From the NCBI GenBank assembly GCA_045129695.1, contig JBGVJZ010000009.1, positions 15,392 to 79,391 on the forward strand: a stretch of 64,000 bases of DNA, in the 5' to 3' direction. The position numbers and the translations under genes are program-made. Under the pieces are notes generated by a model, which worked only from the letters and a program-made list of their open reading frames with translations, made no database searches and was not told the origin of the DNA. Positions 1 through 11,142 of this stretch are shown here, one piece after another. Positions within the stretch are counted from its first letter, which is position 1, and every line of letters begins with the position of its first letter. This DNA is from Lachnospiraceae bacterium. Lineage in GTDB: Bacteria; Bacillota; Clostridia; Lachnospirales; Lachnospiraceae.

Positions 1-198
1 GAAGTATTGAATGTTGAAGCAGACGAGATTACTATGGAGACTACCTTCATAGATGATCTGGGAGCAGATTCACTTGATGTTTTCCAGATTATCATGGGTA
101 TTGAAGAGGAATTTGATATTGAGATTCCTAATGAAGCTGCTGAATCAATTGTAACAGTAGCTGATGCTGTTGAGCAGATTAAGAATGCAGGTAACTAA
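1..198 (+). CDS. acpP: Acyl carrier protein (5' end outside window)
   Basis: DLGADSLD phosphopantetheine motif and EEEFDIEIP; frame is open to base 1; sits upstream of rnc-smc-ftsY. Confidence 0.95.
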   Translation, partial: EVLNVEADEITMETTFIDDLGADSLDVFQIIMGIEEEFDIEIPNEAAESIVTVADAVEQIKNAGN

Positions 199-237
199 TG
201 TTATTGCTTAATGCTGTTAACACGCATAGTGTGTATT

Positions 238-263
238 AAAAGCCCATTTAATATGGGCTTTTT
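238..263 (+). terminator. Intrinsic terminator after acpP
   Basis: AAAAGCCCAT-TTAAT-ATGGGCTTTT stem running into a T tract. Confidence 0.75.
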
Positions 264-292
264 AAATTCTATAAAAATAGAAAAGGTGTTTT

Positions 293-985
293 ATGACTAA
301 CGAACAATTGCAGAAATTTGAAAAAAAGATTAATTACAGTTTTACGGATTATGAACTGCTTAAGCTTGCATTAACACACAGCTCTTATGGAAATGAGGTA
401 TACCATAACAAGCTTCATAATAATGAAAGACTTGAATTTTTGGGTGATGCTGTTTTAGAACTTACTGTAAGCCGTTATTTGTTCAATAATTACCAGGATA
501 TGCCTGAAGGCGAATTAACAAAGCTTCGGGCTAGTATTGTGTGCGAACCTACACTGGCTATATGTGCCAGACAGATAGAGCTTGATAAAATGATTTTACT
601 CGGAAAAGGCGAAGAATTAACCGGTGGCAGATTCAGGGACTCCATTATAAGTGATGCTATGGAAGCACTTTTGGGCGCTATTTACAAAGATGGAGGCATT
701 GAGTGTGCCACAGGATTCGTGGAAAAATTTATTTTAAATGATATTGAAAATAAAAAATTATTCGTAGACAGCAAATCTGTTTTACAGGAAAGAATTCAGG
801 CGGTTTACAAAGAAGGCCCGGTTTATAATCTTGTTGGTGAAAAAGGTCCTGACCACTGTAAGGAGTTTTATGTAGAAGTAATGCTGGAAGGTAAGGTTAT
901 AGGCAAAGGAAAAGGCAGAACCAAAAAAGCTGCTGAACAGCAGGCTGCATACGATGCAATTATCAAAATGCAGAATAACGATTAG
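293..985 (+). CDS. rnc: Ribonuclease III
   Basis: NERLEFLGDAVL signature; C-terminal dsRBD (GKGRTKKAAEQQAA). Confidence 0.98.
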   Translation: MTNEQLQKFEKKINYSFTDYELLKLALTHSSYGNEVYHNKLHNNERLEFLGDAVLELTVSRYLFNNYQDMPEGELTKLRASIVCEPTLAICARQIELDKMILLGKGEELTGGRFRDSIISDAMEALLGAIYKDGGIECATGFVEKFILNDIENKKLFVDSKSVLQERIQAVYKEGPVYNLVGEKGPDHCKEFYVEVMLEGKVIGKGKGRTKKAAEQQAAYDAIIKMQNND

Positions 986-999
986 GATGGGTATGAAAT

Positions 1000-3900
1000 A
1001 TGTATTTGAAAAAAATTGAAGTACAGGGCTTTAAATCCTTTGCCAATAAATTGGTATTTGAATTTGATAATGGTATTACAGGTATTGTCGGACCTAACGG
1101 AAGCGGAAAGAGTAATATCGCAGATGCGGTTCGATGGGTGCTTGGCGAACAGAGTGCCAAGCAGCTTCGTGGCTCGAAGATGGAGGATATTATTTTTGCC
1201 GGAACACAGATGCGTAAACCGGTAAGCTTTGCTTCAGTTTCGTTAACAATAGACAATTCAGACCACCGTCTTGATATCGCTTATGATGAGGTAACCGTTT
1301 CCAGACGTGTATATCGTTCGGGTGAAAGTGAGTATGCCCTTAATGGTAATCCGTGTCGATTGAAGGATATCAACGAGCTTTTTTATGATACCGGTGTAGG
1401 TAAGGAAGGCTATTCAATTATCGGACAGGGACAGATTGATAAAATATTAAGCGGTAAGCCTGATGAACGTCGTGAGCTTTTTGATGAAGCTGCCGGAATT
1501 GTCAAATTCAAGAGAAGAAAAGCAGCTGCACAGAAGAGTCTGGACAATGAGAGCCAGAACCTTGTGCGTATCAGTGATATTTTAGCCGAGCTGGAGAAAC
1601 AGGTCGGTCCTTTAGCACGTCAGTCTGAAAAGGCAAAAGAGTATTTAAAACTAAAAGAAGAGCTTAAGAAATTCGAAATTAATTTATTCCTTTTGGAAGC
1701 TGAGTCCTTAAAGCAATCCTTTGAAGAAGTTTCTGGTAAATTAGATATTGTTAATAATGAAATTTCAGATACACAGGCTGAATTTGAGCAAATCAAAACA
1801 GTATATGATGAGAAGGATGCAGAGATTCAGACAATATCATCGGAGATAGAAGAACTCACTGCTAAGAATAATCAGGCTGAAATTGATAAGAATAAGTTAA
1901 TTAATCAGATTGAGATTCTTAAGGAGCAGATTAATTCTGCCAATTCCAATGATACACATATTTCGGAGCGAATTAAAGCATTAAATGACCAGTTAGAAGA
2001 ACGCAATGAAGAGAAGCAGAATCTTATGAAGCAGAAATTTGATATCAGTAATCTGTCTGACGAGATTTTTGCACGACAGAATGCTGCTGACAGAGAGGTT
2101 GCACGATTAAATGCTTCCATAGATAATTTGATGTCAGAGGTTGATAATAGGAAAAACAAAATTTTTGATAATCTGAATCAGAAGAGCATTATTCAGGCAA
2201 ATATCCAGCGTTATAACACGATGCTTGAGCAGATTAATATTCGTAAGGCAGAGCTTAACAGCCGTCTGATTAATTTCAAAACAGATGAAAATGAATTTGA
2301 CAGTTTAATTAAGGACCTAAAGCAGAAGCTTGGTTCGGTAACCAAGGAAACAGATGAATTATCGGGCACAATTAATTATAACGAGACACTTGTCAGCAAT
2401 GAGAAGCAGCGTAAGCATGAAACGGGAATCAAACTTACACAGAGCAAGGAACAGCTTATGCGTAATACGTCACGTCTTGAGACGTTAAAAAATATTGCAG
2501 AGCGTTATGACGGATATGGCAACAGTATCAGGAAGGTTATGGAGTGCAGGGAGCACAACAAAGGCGTCATCGGTGTTGTTGCGGATATTATAAAGACACG
2601 TAAGCAATATGAGATAGCAATTGAAACAGCTCTCGGCGGAACAATTCAGAACATTGTTACCGATAATGAGGAGACAGCCAAGAAAATGATTGCTTACCTG
2701 AAGGATAATCGTTTCGGTAGGGCAACTTTCCTTCCTCTGTCATCAATTTCAAGAAGAAATTCAGCCAGAGAGAGAATGAATGGTGAGTCCGGATTTATCG
2801 GATATGCATCAGAATTAGTTGATGTGGATAATGAATACAGGGAGCTTTCAGAATATCTTCTCGGAAGATGTGTTGTTATGGATAATATTGACAATGCACT
2901 TAAGCTTAACCGTAAATATTCATATTCTCTTAAAATAGTTACTCTTGAAGGCGAGTTACTAAATCCCGGTGGTTCCATGACGGGTGGTGCGTTCAGGAAT
3001 AACAGTAATCTCTTGGGAAGAAGACGTGAGATTGAGGATTTGGAAGCGGCAATAACAAAGCTTACATCTGAGATTAACGGATTTGAAAAAGCACTTAGCG
3101 ATTTTGATAATACAATCAGTAAGGCAAGAAACAAAATCGAATCCGCAAAAGCCGGATTACAGGAAAAACTTCTTGAAAAAAATACAATTGAGCTTCAATA
3201 TAAACAGCAGCTTGACAAACAGAATGAGGTTAAATCAGTTTACGAAAATAATCGTCGCGAGTCTGCTGAAATAGAACAGCAGATAGTCGATATCAGAAAT
3301 AATCTTAAGGTTCAGAAGGAACAGCTTAATGAACTTGAGACATTTAATAATAATGCAAATAAATGGATTGAACAGGCAAACAATGAGCTTGATGCAATGA
3401 AGTCAGAGCTTGCAGATAAAACCAGAACAGCAGAGGCTGTTCATATTGAATATTCAGGAATTTCACAAAAAGCGGCATTTGCTGAAGAGGGCGTAAAACG
3501 TGTTCTAAGAGAGATGAGCAGACTGCGTGAAAGTATTGAAGAACTCGAAGAAAGCAAGGTTGATTCTGTTAATGCTGTTGAGACCAAAAATAACGAGATA
3601 CAGCAGATTAATGATACAATTGAGCTAGCTGTAAAGACAATTGCAGAATACAATAATTCTCTTACTGAGAAAAAATCAAAGAAGGAAGAACTGAGTCGGT
3701 CAATTAAAGCCTTCTTTGAAAGCAGAGAAAACTGTCAGAATAAGCTCGTTGAACTTGAAAAAGAGCAGTATCGTCTTTCCCAGACCAAAGAAAAGGTTGA
3801 GTCTGTCAGAGACCAGAAAATTGATTATATGTGGTCAGAATATGAGATAACTCTTAATCAGGCTGTGGAATTTAAGGATGATACTCTGGACAATGAAGCA

Positions 3901-4569
3901 GAGATGAAGAAAACCGTTAATAACATAAAAGGTGATATCCGAAAGCTTGGAGATGTTAATGTAAATTCTATTGAAGATTATAAAGAAGTATCGGAGCGAT
4001 ATGAGTTCTTAAAGGGACAGCATGAGGATTTGACTGCAGCCAAAGAGAAACTCATTAAAATTATTGAAGAGCTTGATACAGGAATGAGAACAAGATTTAC
4101 AGAGAAGTTTGAGGAAATCAAAGTAGAGTTTGATAAGGTTTTCAAACAGCTGTTTGGCGGTGGTAAGGGAACCATTGAGCTGGATGAAGATGCTGATATT
4201 CTTGAAGCTAACATTTCGATTATTTCTCAGCCACCGGGCAAGAAACTGCAGAATATGATGCAGTTATCAGGTGGAGAAAAAGCACTTACAGCTATTTGTC
4301 TTTTGTTTGCAATTCAGAATCTTAAACCGTCGCCATTCTGTCTTTTGGATGAGATTGAGGCCGCACTTGATGATTCAAATGTTGACAGATATGCAAAATA
4401 TTTACATAATTTAACTAAAAACACACAGTTTATTGTTATAACACACAGAAGAGGTACAATGGCATGTGCGGACAGACTCTATGGTATTACCATGCAGGAG
4501 AAAGGTGTATCAACATTAGTATCCGTTGATCTTATTGAAAGTCAGTTAGACGATAAACCAAAACAATAG
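1000..4569 (+). CDS. smc: Chromosome segregation protein SMC
   Basis: Walker A GPNGSGKSN, coiled coils, hinge (GRATFLPL), LSGGE signature, LLDEIEAALD; 1189 aa. Confidence 0.98.
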   Translation: MYLKKIEVQGFKSFANKLVFEFDNGITGIVGPNGSGKSNIADAVRWVLGEQSAKQLRGSKMEDIIFAGTQMRKPVSFASVSLTIDNSDHRLDIAYDEVTVSRRVYRSGESEYALNGNPCRLKDINELFYDTGVGKEGYSIIGQGQIDKILSGKPDERRELFDEAAGIVKFKRRKAAAQKSLDNESQNLVRISDILAELEKQVGPLARQSEKAKEYLKLKEELKKFEINLFLLEAESLKQSFEEVSGKLDIVNNEISDTQAEFEQIKTVYDEKDAEIQTISSEIEELTAKNNQAEIDKNKLINQIEILKEQINSANSNDTHISERIKALNDQLEERNEEKQNLMKQKFDISNLSDEIFARQNAADREVARLNASIDNLMSEVDNRKNKIFDNLNQKSIIQANIQRYNTMLEQINIRKAELNSRLINFKTDENEFDSLIKDLKQKLGSVTKETDELSGTINYNETLVSNEKQRKHETGIKLTQSKEQLMRNTSRLETLKNIAERYDGYGNSIRKVMECREHNKGVIGVVADIIKTRKQYEIAIETALGGTIQNIVTDNEETAKKMIAYLKDNRFGRATFLPLSSISRRNSARERMNGESGFIGYASELVDVDNEYRELSEYLLGRCVVMDNIDNALKLNRKYSYSLKIVTLEGELLNPGGSMTGGAFRNNSNLLGRRREIEDLEAAITKLTSEINGFEKALSDFDNTISKARNKIESAKAGLQEKLLEKNTIELQYKQQLDKQNEVKSVYENNRRESAEIEQQIVDIRNNLKVQKEQLNELETFNNNANKWIEQANNELDAMKSELADKTRTAEAVHIEYSGISQKAAFAEEGVKRVLREMSRLRESIEELEESKVDSVNAVETKNNEIQQINDTIELAVKTIAEYNNSLTEKKSKKEELSRSIKAFFESRENCQNKLVELEKEQYRLSQTKEKVESVRDQKIDYMWSEYEITLNQAVEFKDDTLDNEAEMKKTVNNIKGDIRKLGDVNVNSIEDYKEVSERYEFLKGQHEDLTAAKEKLIKIIEELDTGMRTRFTEKFEEIKVEFDKVFKQLFGGGKGTIELDEDADILEANISIISQPPGKKLQNMMQLSGGEKALTAICLLFAIQNLKPSPFCLLDEIEAALDDSNVDRYAKYLHNLTKNTQFIVITHRRGTMACADRLYGITMQEKGVSTLVSVDLIESQLDDKPKQ

Positions 4570-4579
4570 AGAGGGATTT

Positions 4580-5509
4580 ATGGCAGGATTTTTTAAAAAA
4601 CTGGTAGCCGGATTAACTAAGACAAGGGACAATGTCGTATCCGGACTAAACTCAATTTTTCATGGTTTCAAGAAAATTGATGATGATTTCTATGAAGAAC
4701 TTGAAGAAACACTTATCATGGGAGATTTAGGAGTTTCTACAACAGAAAAAATTATTGAGGATTTAAAAGCTAAGGTTAAAGAACTTAAAATTAAAGAACC
4801 AACCGAGTGTAAAGAGTTTTTGGTTAAATCCATCAAAGAACAGATGGATTTAGGTGAAAATGCATATGAGTTTGAGAATCAGAAATCGGTTATACTTGTT
4901 ATCGGTGTTAATGGAGTCGGTAAAACGACTTCAATCGGTAAAATTGCAGCCGGTTTAAAGGCACAGGGAAAAAAGGTCATCCTTGCAGCGGCAGATACTT
5001 TCAGAGCTGCAGCTATCGAGCAGCTGACGGAATGGGCTAATCGTGCCGGTGTAGACATTATTGCACAGAGCGAGGGCTCTGACCCGGGAGCGGTTGTATA
5101 TGATGCAGTTCAGGCTGCCAAAGCCAGAAACGCTGATGTCTTAATCTGTGACACAGCGGGAAGACTCCATAACAAGAAAAATCTTATGGATGAGCTTAAG
5201 AAGATTAACAGAATTATTGAAAGAGAATTTCCGGGGGCATACAGAGAGAATCTTATTGTTCTAGATGGAACAACCGGACAGAATGCATTGTCACAGTTAA
5301 GAGAATTCAAAGAGGTATCTGATATCTCAGGTATTATTCTTACCAAAATGGACGGAACAGCCAAGGGTGGTATAGCAGTTGCAATTCAGGCAGAATTCGG
5401 TGTTCCGGTTAAATATATAGGAGTTGGCGAGAAAATAGAAGATTTACAAAAATTTAATTCTGATGATTTTGTTAATGCATTATTTGACGTTAAGGATTAT
5501 AATGAATAG
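4580..5509 (+). CDS. ftsY: SRP receptor FtsY (NG domain only)
   Basis: [31 protein letters not shown]. Confidence 0.98.
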   Translation: MAGFFKKLVAGLTKTRDNVVSGLNSIFHGFKKIDDDFYEELEETLIMGDLGVSTTEKIIEDLKAKVKELKIKEPTECKEFLVKSIKEQMDLGENAYEFENQKSVILVIGVNGVGKTTSIGKIAAGLKAQGKKVILAAADTFRAAAIEQLTEWANRAGVDIIAQSEGSDPGAVVYDAVQAAKARNADVLICDTAGRLHNKKNLMDELKKINRIIEREFPGAYRENLIVLDGTTGQNALSQLREFKEVSDISGIILTKMDGTAKGGIAVAIQAEFGVPVKYIGVGEKIEDLQKFNSDDFVNALFDVKDYNE

Positions 5510-5546
5510 AAATTAACATTTTATGTAATTTAAGGAGATAAAAGCT

Positions 5547-6767
5547 ATGTCAGAAAATTTAACACTGGAGAAATTTGAAGAGGCTTCTGAACGTGTCAAA
5601 GAGGTTACATTGGAGACAAGACTTGTATACAGCGAGTATTTCAGTAATCAGTCAGGCAACAAGGTTTATTTTAAACCGGAGAATATGCAATATACAGGAG
5701 CTTATAAGGTAAGAGGTGCGTATTATAAGATAAGCACCCTTACACCTGAAGAGAGAAGTAAGGGATTAATTACAGCATCAGCAGGCAATCATGCTCAGGG
5801 AGTTGCTTATGCGGCTAAAATTTATGGAGTAAAGGCAACAATTGTGATGCCTACATCCACTCCAATCATCAAAATCAATCGTACAAAGAGCTATGGTGCA
5901 GATGTAGTTCTGTATGGAAATGTTTATGATGAAGCATGTGAATATGCAATGAAGTTAGCCGAGGATGAGGGATATACGTTTATTCATCCTTTTGATGATT
6001 TGGACGTAGCAACAGGTCAGGGAAGTATTGCAATGGAGATTATCAAAGAACTCCCTACAGTTGATTATATCCTCGTTCCGATTGGTGGTGGCGGACTTGC
6101 AACAGGTGTATCAACACTTGCTAAAATGCTCAATCCAAATATCAAGGTAATAGGTGTTGAACCTGCCGGTGCCAACTGTATGCAGGTATCAATTAAAAAT
6201 GGTGAAGTAACAACACTTCCGGGAGTAAGTACCATTGCAGACGGTACGGCAGTTAAGACTCCGGGAAGCAGGATTTTCCCATATATATGCAAGAATCTTG
6301 ATGAAATTATTACAGTTGAGGATGACGAACTGATTGTTGCATTCCTGGATATGGTTGAGAACCATAAGATGGTTGTGGAAAACTCAGGTCTTCTTACCGT
6401 TGCAGCGTTGAAACATCTGAAGATTCAGGGTAAGAAAATCGTATCCATCTTAAGTGGCGGAAACATGGATGTTATAACAATGTCATCCGTTGTTCAGCAT
6501 GGTCTTATACAGAGAGGAAGAGTATTTTCCATGTCAGTTCTTCTTCCTGATAAGCCTGGTGAGCTTCTTAAGGTTGCAGGAATTATTGCTGAAGCAAAGG
6601 GAAATGTAATTAAGCTTGAGCATAATCAGTTTGTAAGTATTAACAGAAATGCAGCTGTGGAACTAAGAATTACACTTGAATCATTCGGAATGGACCACAA
6701 GAATGAAATTCTTGATGCTATGAGAAATGCGGGATATGAACCTAAGCTTGTTCAGACAAGCTTCTAA
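5547..6767 (+). CDS. ilvA: Threonine ammonia-lyase (PLP) with single C-terminal ACT domain
   Basis: GAYKVRG PLP-lysine region, ASAGNHAQG, PIGGGGL, SGGN; ACT-like LPDKPGELLKV. Confidence 0.88.
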   Translation: MSENLTLEKFEEASERVKEVTLETRLVYSEYFSNQSGNKVYFKPENMQYTGAYKVRGAYYKISTLTPEERSKGLITASAGNHAQGVAYAAKIYGVKATIVMPTSTPIIKINRTKSYGADVVLYGNVYDEACEYAMKLAEDEGYTFIHPFDDLDVATGQGSIAMEIIKELPTVDYILVPIGGGGLATGVSTLAKMLNPNIKVIGVEPAGANCMQVSIKNGEVTTLPGVSTIADGTAVKTPGSRIFPYICKNLDEIITVEDDELIVAFLDMVENHKMVVENSGLLTVAALKHLKIQGKKIVSILSGGNMDVITMSSVVQHGLIQRGRVFSMSVLLPDKPGELLKVAGIIAEAKGNVIKLEHNQFVSINRNAAVELRITLESFGMDHKNEILDAMRNAGYEPKLVQTSF

Positions 6768-6795
6768 AATATATTTTTAAAAGATTGAGGAAATA

Positions 6796-8139
6796 ATGGG
6801 AAATAAAAGAATTAAACGCTTTTCACAGACGAGGTTTATTGTCTTAGGGTTTATAATTATAATACTTATTGGTGCATTGTTGCTTATGACACCATTAGCT
6901 TCCAAAGATAATTCTATGACTAGCTTTATGGATTGCATTTTTACAGCTGTCAGTACAACTTGTGTGACAGGTCTGGCGGCTGTTGATACATATAGTCATT
7001 GGTCATTTTTTGGACAAGTAATAATTCTGTGTCTGATACAGATTGGTGGATTGGGATTTATAACAATTGGCGTATTTTTTTCTGTTTTACTGCGCAGAAG
7101 AATAGGCCTTAAAACAAGAGGCATGATGCAGGAAAGCGTTAATACTCTTCAAATTGGTGGAGTAGTGAAACTTACCAAAAAGATTATTAAAGGGACCTTT
7201 ATTATTGAGGGAATAGCAGCATTAATATTAGGAATAAGATTTTCTTTTGATTTTGGATTTGTAAAAGGAATGTGGTATGGTATATTTCATTCCATATCGG
7301 CCTTTTGCAATGCAGGTTTTGATTTGATGGGTATATATGAACCATACACATCACTTGTTCCGTATGTATATGATCCGATTGTTAATATTGTCATTATGCT
7401 ACTTATAACAATTGGAGGAATTGGTTTTATTGTCTGGGACGATATTTCTGTGAATAAATTTAAATTTAAAAAATACAGTCTTCATACTAAAGTGGTATTA
7501 CTTACATCTGCAATACTGACTTTTGGAGGAGCAATATTGTTCTTTGTTACAGAGTATAATAATACTATGAAGGATATGAATTTGTATCAACGTATAATCA
7601 CTTCTCTATTCAGTTCTGTAACTGCTAGAACTGCGGGATTTAATACAATTGATACGGCAACATTAAGTGATTCATCCAAGATTTTGACTATGGCTCTGAT
7701 GTTTATTGGTGGTTCACCGGGTTCAACAGCAGGAGGTATTAAGACAACAACACTTTTTGTTTTATTGGTAAGTGTATGGGGCAATATGACTAATAATGGA
7801 AACGTTTCTGTTTTTAAAAGACGTTTTGAGAATGAAGCATTGCATAAATCGGGAATAGTTGCTGTTTTAAATATGGTGCTTGCTGTTGTAGCAGCATTCG
7901 TAATTCTGGCAATTACAAATCTTCCGATATCTGACGTTTTGTTTGAAGTGTTCTCTGCAATCGGTACGGTTGGAATGACGACAGGTATAACAAGAGGTCT
8001 TAATATTGGTTCAAGAGTTATTATAATTATTCTGATGTTTTGCGGAAGAGTTGGAAGTCTTTCATTTGCATTATCTTTCCTTAAGAAGAAAAAGAAGGCT
8101 CCACTGTATGATCCGCAGGAAAAAATATCAATCGGTTAG
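6796..8139 (+). CDS. ktrB: Ktr/Trk potassium uptake membrane subunit (TrkH/KtrB family)
   Basis: Four pore-loop glycine motifs CVTGL, CNAGF, RTAGF, GTVGM; GGSPGSTAGGIK. Confidence 0.92.
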   Translation: MGNKRIKRFSQTRFIVLGFIIIILIGALLLMTPLASKDNSMTSFMDCIFTAVSTTCVTGLAAVDTYSHWSFFGQVIILCLIQIGGLGFITIGVFFSVLLRRRIGLKTRGMMQESVNTLQIGGVVKLTKKIIKGTFIIEGIAALILGIRFSFDFGFVKGMWYGIFHSISAFCNAGFDLMGIYEPYTSLVPYVYDPIVNIVIMLLITIGGIGFIVWDDISVNKFKFKKYSLHTKVVLLTSAILTFGGAILFFVTEYNNTMKDMNLYQRIITSLFSSVTARTAGFNTIDTATLSDSSKILTMALMFIGGSPGSTAGGIKTTTLFVLLVSVWGNMTNNGNVSVFKRRFENEALHKSGIVAVLNMVLAVVAAFVILAITNLPISDVLFEVFSAIGTVGMTTGITRGLNIGSRVIIIILMFCGRVGSLSFALSFLKKKKKAPLYDPQEKISIG

Positions 8140-8148
8140 GAGAATAAT

Positions 8149-8793
8149 ATGAAATCTTTTTTATTAATTGGGCTTGGAAAATTTGGACATCATCTATGCG
8201 TAGATTTGTTAGAGGCTGGCTGTGAGGTAATGATTGTAGATACAGTAGAAGATAGAATTGAAGATTTATTACCGATTGTAACAAGTGCCAAAATAGGGGA
8301 CTGTAGTAATCCGGAGGTTATTGCAAGTCTGGGTATTAAAAATTTTGATGCATGCTTTGTATGTATTGCTGAGGATTTTCAAAATTCTCTTGAAATAACA
8401 AGTCTTTTGAAGGAAATGGGAGCCAGAAAAGTTATTAGCAGAGCTGACAGAGATGTTCAGGCTAAATTTCTTCTTCGTAACGGAGCAGATGAAGTTGTAT
8501 ATCCGGACAAAGATATTGCTGAGAAAATTGCCAAAAAATATTCTAAAGATAACATTTTTGATTATATTGAAATTGATGATGATTATGGAATATATGAAAT
8601 AGCACCTTTTGCAGATATTTTAGGAAAAACGGTTATTGAATCCAATTTCAGAAGAAAATACAATGCTAATATAATCGGATACAAGAAAAATGATAGAATT
8701 ATACTGATGATTGAACCTTCTTATGTTTTCAAAGAGGAAGAACATCTTCTTGTTATGGCAAATAGTAAACATATTGAAAAATTATTAGATTAA
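8149..8793 (+). CDS. ktrA: Ktr/Trk RCK regulatory subunit (TrkA/KtrA family)
   Basis: GLGKFG nucleotide-binding motif, GADEVVYP, C-terminal RCK_C; adjacent to ktrB. Confidence 0.92.
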   Translation: MKSFLLIGLGKFGHHLCVDLLEAGCEVMIVDTVEDRIEDLLPIVTSAKIGDCSNPEVIASLGIKNFDACFVCIAEDFQNSLEITSLLKEMGARKVISRADRDVQAKFLLRNGADEVVYPDKDIAEKIAKKYSKDNIFDYIEIDDDYGIYEIAPFADILGKTVIESNFRRKYNANIIGYKKNDRIILMIEPSYVFKEEEHLLVMANSKHIEKLLD

Positions 8794-8819
8794 AATTTTG
8801 AACTGTCAAGAAAAAATAC

Positions 8820-8848
8820 TTGACAGTCATTTTCTTTTGCTGTATATT
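8820..8848 (+). promoter_or_regulatory. SigA promoter for ylxM-ffh, overlapped by an inverted repeat
   Basis: TTGACA(8820-8825)-17 nt-TATATT(8843-8848). Confidence 0.75.
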
Positions 8849-8865
8849 AACAAAGGTGTTTGATT

Positions 8866-9210
8866 ATGGAAAAAATTTTTGAGCAGGCAATGCTTTATGA
8901 TTTCTATGGTGAATTACTTAATGAACATCAGAAATCAATTTATGAAGAGTACGTTCTGGACAATCTTTCCTTAAGCGAGATTGCAGAGGAGAGAGGCATA
9001 AGCCGACAGGGTGTGCATGATTTGATAAAGCGTGCCGATAAGACTTTAAATGAATATGAGAGTAAGCTCCAGCTTATCCGTAAGTTTATGAATATTAAGG
9101 ATAAGGTAAATCGTATTAATGAAATCTCAGTTGAGATGACAGAGGGCGGTGATAAGGAGAGAGCATCAAGAATTATTTCCATTACCAACGAGATTTTAGA
9201 CGAATTATAA
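8866..9210 (+). CDS. ylxM: YlxM (UPF0122) HTH protein, SRP-associated
   Basis: LYDFYGELL...DNLSLSEIAE..GISRQGVHD; immediately upstream of ffh; ATG at 8866 with AAAGGTG upstream. Confidence 0.95.
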   Translation: MEKIFEQAMLYDFYGELLNEHQKSIYEEYVLDNLSLSEIAEERGISRQGVHDLIKRADKTLNEYESKLQLIRKFMNIKDKVNRINEISVEMTEGGDKERASRIISITNEILDEL

Positions 9211-9221
9211 GAGGTTTGTTG

Positions 9222-10571
9222 ATGGCTTTTGATAGTTTATCAGATAAATTGCAAAATGTTTTTAAGAAACTCCGTGGCAAGGGTCGTCTTACTGAAGCTG
9301 ATGTAAAGGCAGCGATGAAGGAAGTTAAGATGGCATTGCTGGAGGCTGATGTTAACTTTAAAGTAGTTAAACAGTTCATTAACACAGTTACCGAAAGGGC
9401 TGTTGGTCAGGATGTAATGACCAGTCTTACTCCGGGACAGATGGTTGTTAAGATTGTTAACGAAGAGATGGTTGCATTAATGGGTAGCGAGACTACTGAG
9501 ATTTATGTTAAACCATCAGGGTTAACAGTTATTATGATGGCTGGTCTTCAGGGTGCAGGTAAGACAACCACAACCGCTAAGATTGCAGGTAAGTTAAAAT
9601 CCAAGGGCAAGAGACCTTTATTGGTAGCCTGTGATATTTACAGACCGGCAGCTATACAGCAGCTGCAGATTAATGGTGAGAAGCAGGGTATTCCTGTATT
9701 TGAAATGGGTACAGAACATAAGCCTGTTGAGATTGCTAAGGCTGCGATTGAGCATGCCAAAGCTAATAATAACAATGTAGTTATTTTAGATACAGCCGGA
9801 CGTCTTCATGTAGATGAAGATATGATGAAGGAACTGCAGACAGTTAAAGAGAATATCGAAGTTAATCAGACGATTCTCGTTGTCGATGCAATGACGGGTC
9901 AGGATGCCGTTAATGTCGCTTCCACATTCAATGACTTAATCGGTATTGACGGTGTCATACTTACCAAGCTTGATGGTGATACCCGAGGCGGTGCAGCACT
10001 TTCCATCAAGGCGGTTACCGGCAAGCCTATTTTATATGTAGGTATGGGAGAGAAGCTTTCTGATTTGGAACAGTTCTATCCTGACAGAATGGCTTCAAGG
10101 ATTCTCGGAATGGGAGATGTGCTTACTCTTATTGAGAAGGCGCAGGAGGATTTCGACGAAGAGAAAGCCATTGAAATGGAACGAAAGCTCAAGAAAAAGA
10201 AAGAGTTTGATTTCAATGATTATTTGGATTCATTTAAACAGGTTAAGAAGATGGGCGGACTTGGCAGCCTCTTAAATCTTATGCCGGGAATGAACAGTCA
10301 GATGAAGGGTGCAATGGACCAGGTGGATGAGAAGCAGATTGACAGAATTCAGGCAATCATACTTTCCATGACACCGAAGGAACGCTCTAATCCGTCAATT
10401 CTCAATCCTTCACGCAAGCACAGAATTGCAAAGGGTGCAGGTGTTGATATTGCTGAGGTTAACAGACTTGTTAAACAGCAGGAACAGATGAAGAAGATGA
10501 TGAAGCAGTATGGCGGAATGTTTGGCGGCAAACGTGGTAAAAAAGGAATGTTTAACAAATTTCCTTTTTAA
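9222..10571 (+). CDS. ffh: Signal recognition particle protein Ffh
   Basis: [24 protein letters not shown], Met-rich M domain. Confidence 0.98.
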   Translation: MAFDSLSDKLQNVFKKLRGKGRLTEADVKAAMKEVKMALLEADVNFKVVKQFINTVTERAVGQDVMTSLTPGQMVVKIVNEEMVALMGSETTEIYVKPSGLTVIMMAGLQGAGKTTTTAKIAGKLKSKGKRPLLVACDIYRPAAIQQLQINGEKQGIPVFEMGTEHKPVEIAKAAIEHAKANNNNVVILDTAGRLHVDEDMMKELQTVKENIEVNQTILVVDAMTGQDAVNVASTFNDLIGIDGVILTKLDGDTRGGAALSIKAVTGKPILYVGMGEKLSDLEQFYPDRMASRILGMGDVLTLIEKAQEDFDEEKAIEMERKLKKKKEFDFNDYLDSFKQVKKMGGLGSLLNLMPGMNSQMKGAMDQVDEKQIDRIQAIILSMTPKERSNPSILNPSRKHRIAKGAGVDIAEVNRLVKQQEQMKKMMKQYGGMFGGKRGKKGMFNKFPF

Positions 10572-10615
10572 ATAAATTTTATACAGCCCAGAGGGCGAAC
10601 AAGGAGGATAATAAA

Positions 10616-10861
10616 ATGGCAGTAAAAATCAGATTAAGAAGAATGGGACAGAAAAAGGCTCCTTTTTATAGAATCATTGTTGCTGACTCAAGATCTCCAA
10701 GAGATGGAAGATTTATCGAGGAAATCGGAACATATGATCCTAACACTGATCCTAGTACCTTCAATGTAAATGAAGAGCTTGCTAAGAAATGGCTTGCAAA
10801 TGGTGCTCAGCCAACAGAAGTAGTTGGAAAGATCTTCAAGCTTGCCGGAATTGAGAAATAA
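10616..10861 (+). CDS. rpsP: 30S ribosomal protein S16
   Basis: [35 protein letters not shown]. Confidence 0.98.
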   Translation: MAVKIRLRRMGQKKAPFYRIIVADSRSPRDGRFIEEIGTYDPNTDPSTFNVNEELAKKWLANGAQPTEVVGKIFKLAGIEK

Positions 10862-10896
10862 TTTTGCAATACTTGAATAATCAGGAGGTAATTCAG

Positions 10897-11124
10897 ATGA
10901 AGCAGTTAGTCGAAGTTATCGCAAAAGCACTTGTTGATAATCCTGATGAAGTTGTAGTTACTGAAACCGTTAAGGAAAAGGCAATCGTTTTAGAATTAAA
11001 GGTTGCGCCTTCTGATACCGGTAAGGTAATTGGAAGACAGGGTAGAATTGCCAAGTCTATTCGTGCAGTTGTGAAAGCCGCTGCAACAAAGGAAGACAAG
11101 AAAGTTATTGTAGACATCATGTAA
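10897..11124 (+). CDS. khpA: KH-domain RNA-binding protein KhpA (YlqC)
   Basis: GKVIGRQG KH motif; between rpsP and rimM; AGGAGG upstream of ATG 10897. Confidence 0.93.
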   Translation: MKQLVEVIAKALVDNPDEVVVTETVKEKAIVLELKVAPSDTGKVIGRQGRIAKSIRAVVKAAATKEDKKVIVDIM

Positions 11125-11142
11125 CTATGAAAAGACTACTTG

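Noticed and set aside
10580-10610. GCCC-AGA-GGGC mini-hairpin before rpsP as an S16 leader
   Set aside because: 4-bp stem is too short to support a claim without covariation data.
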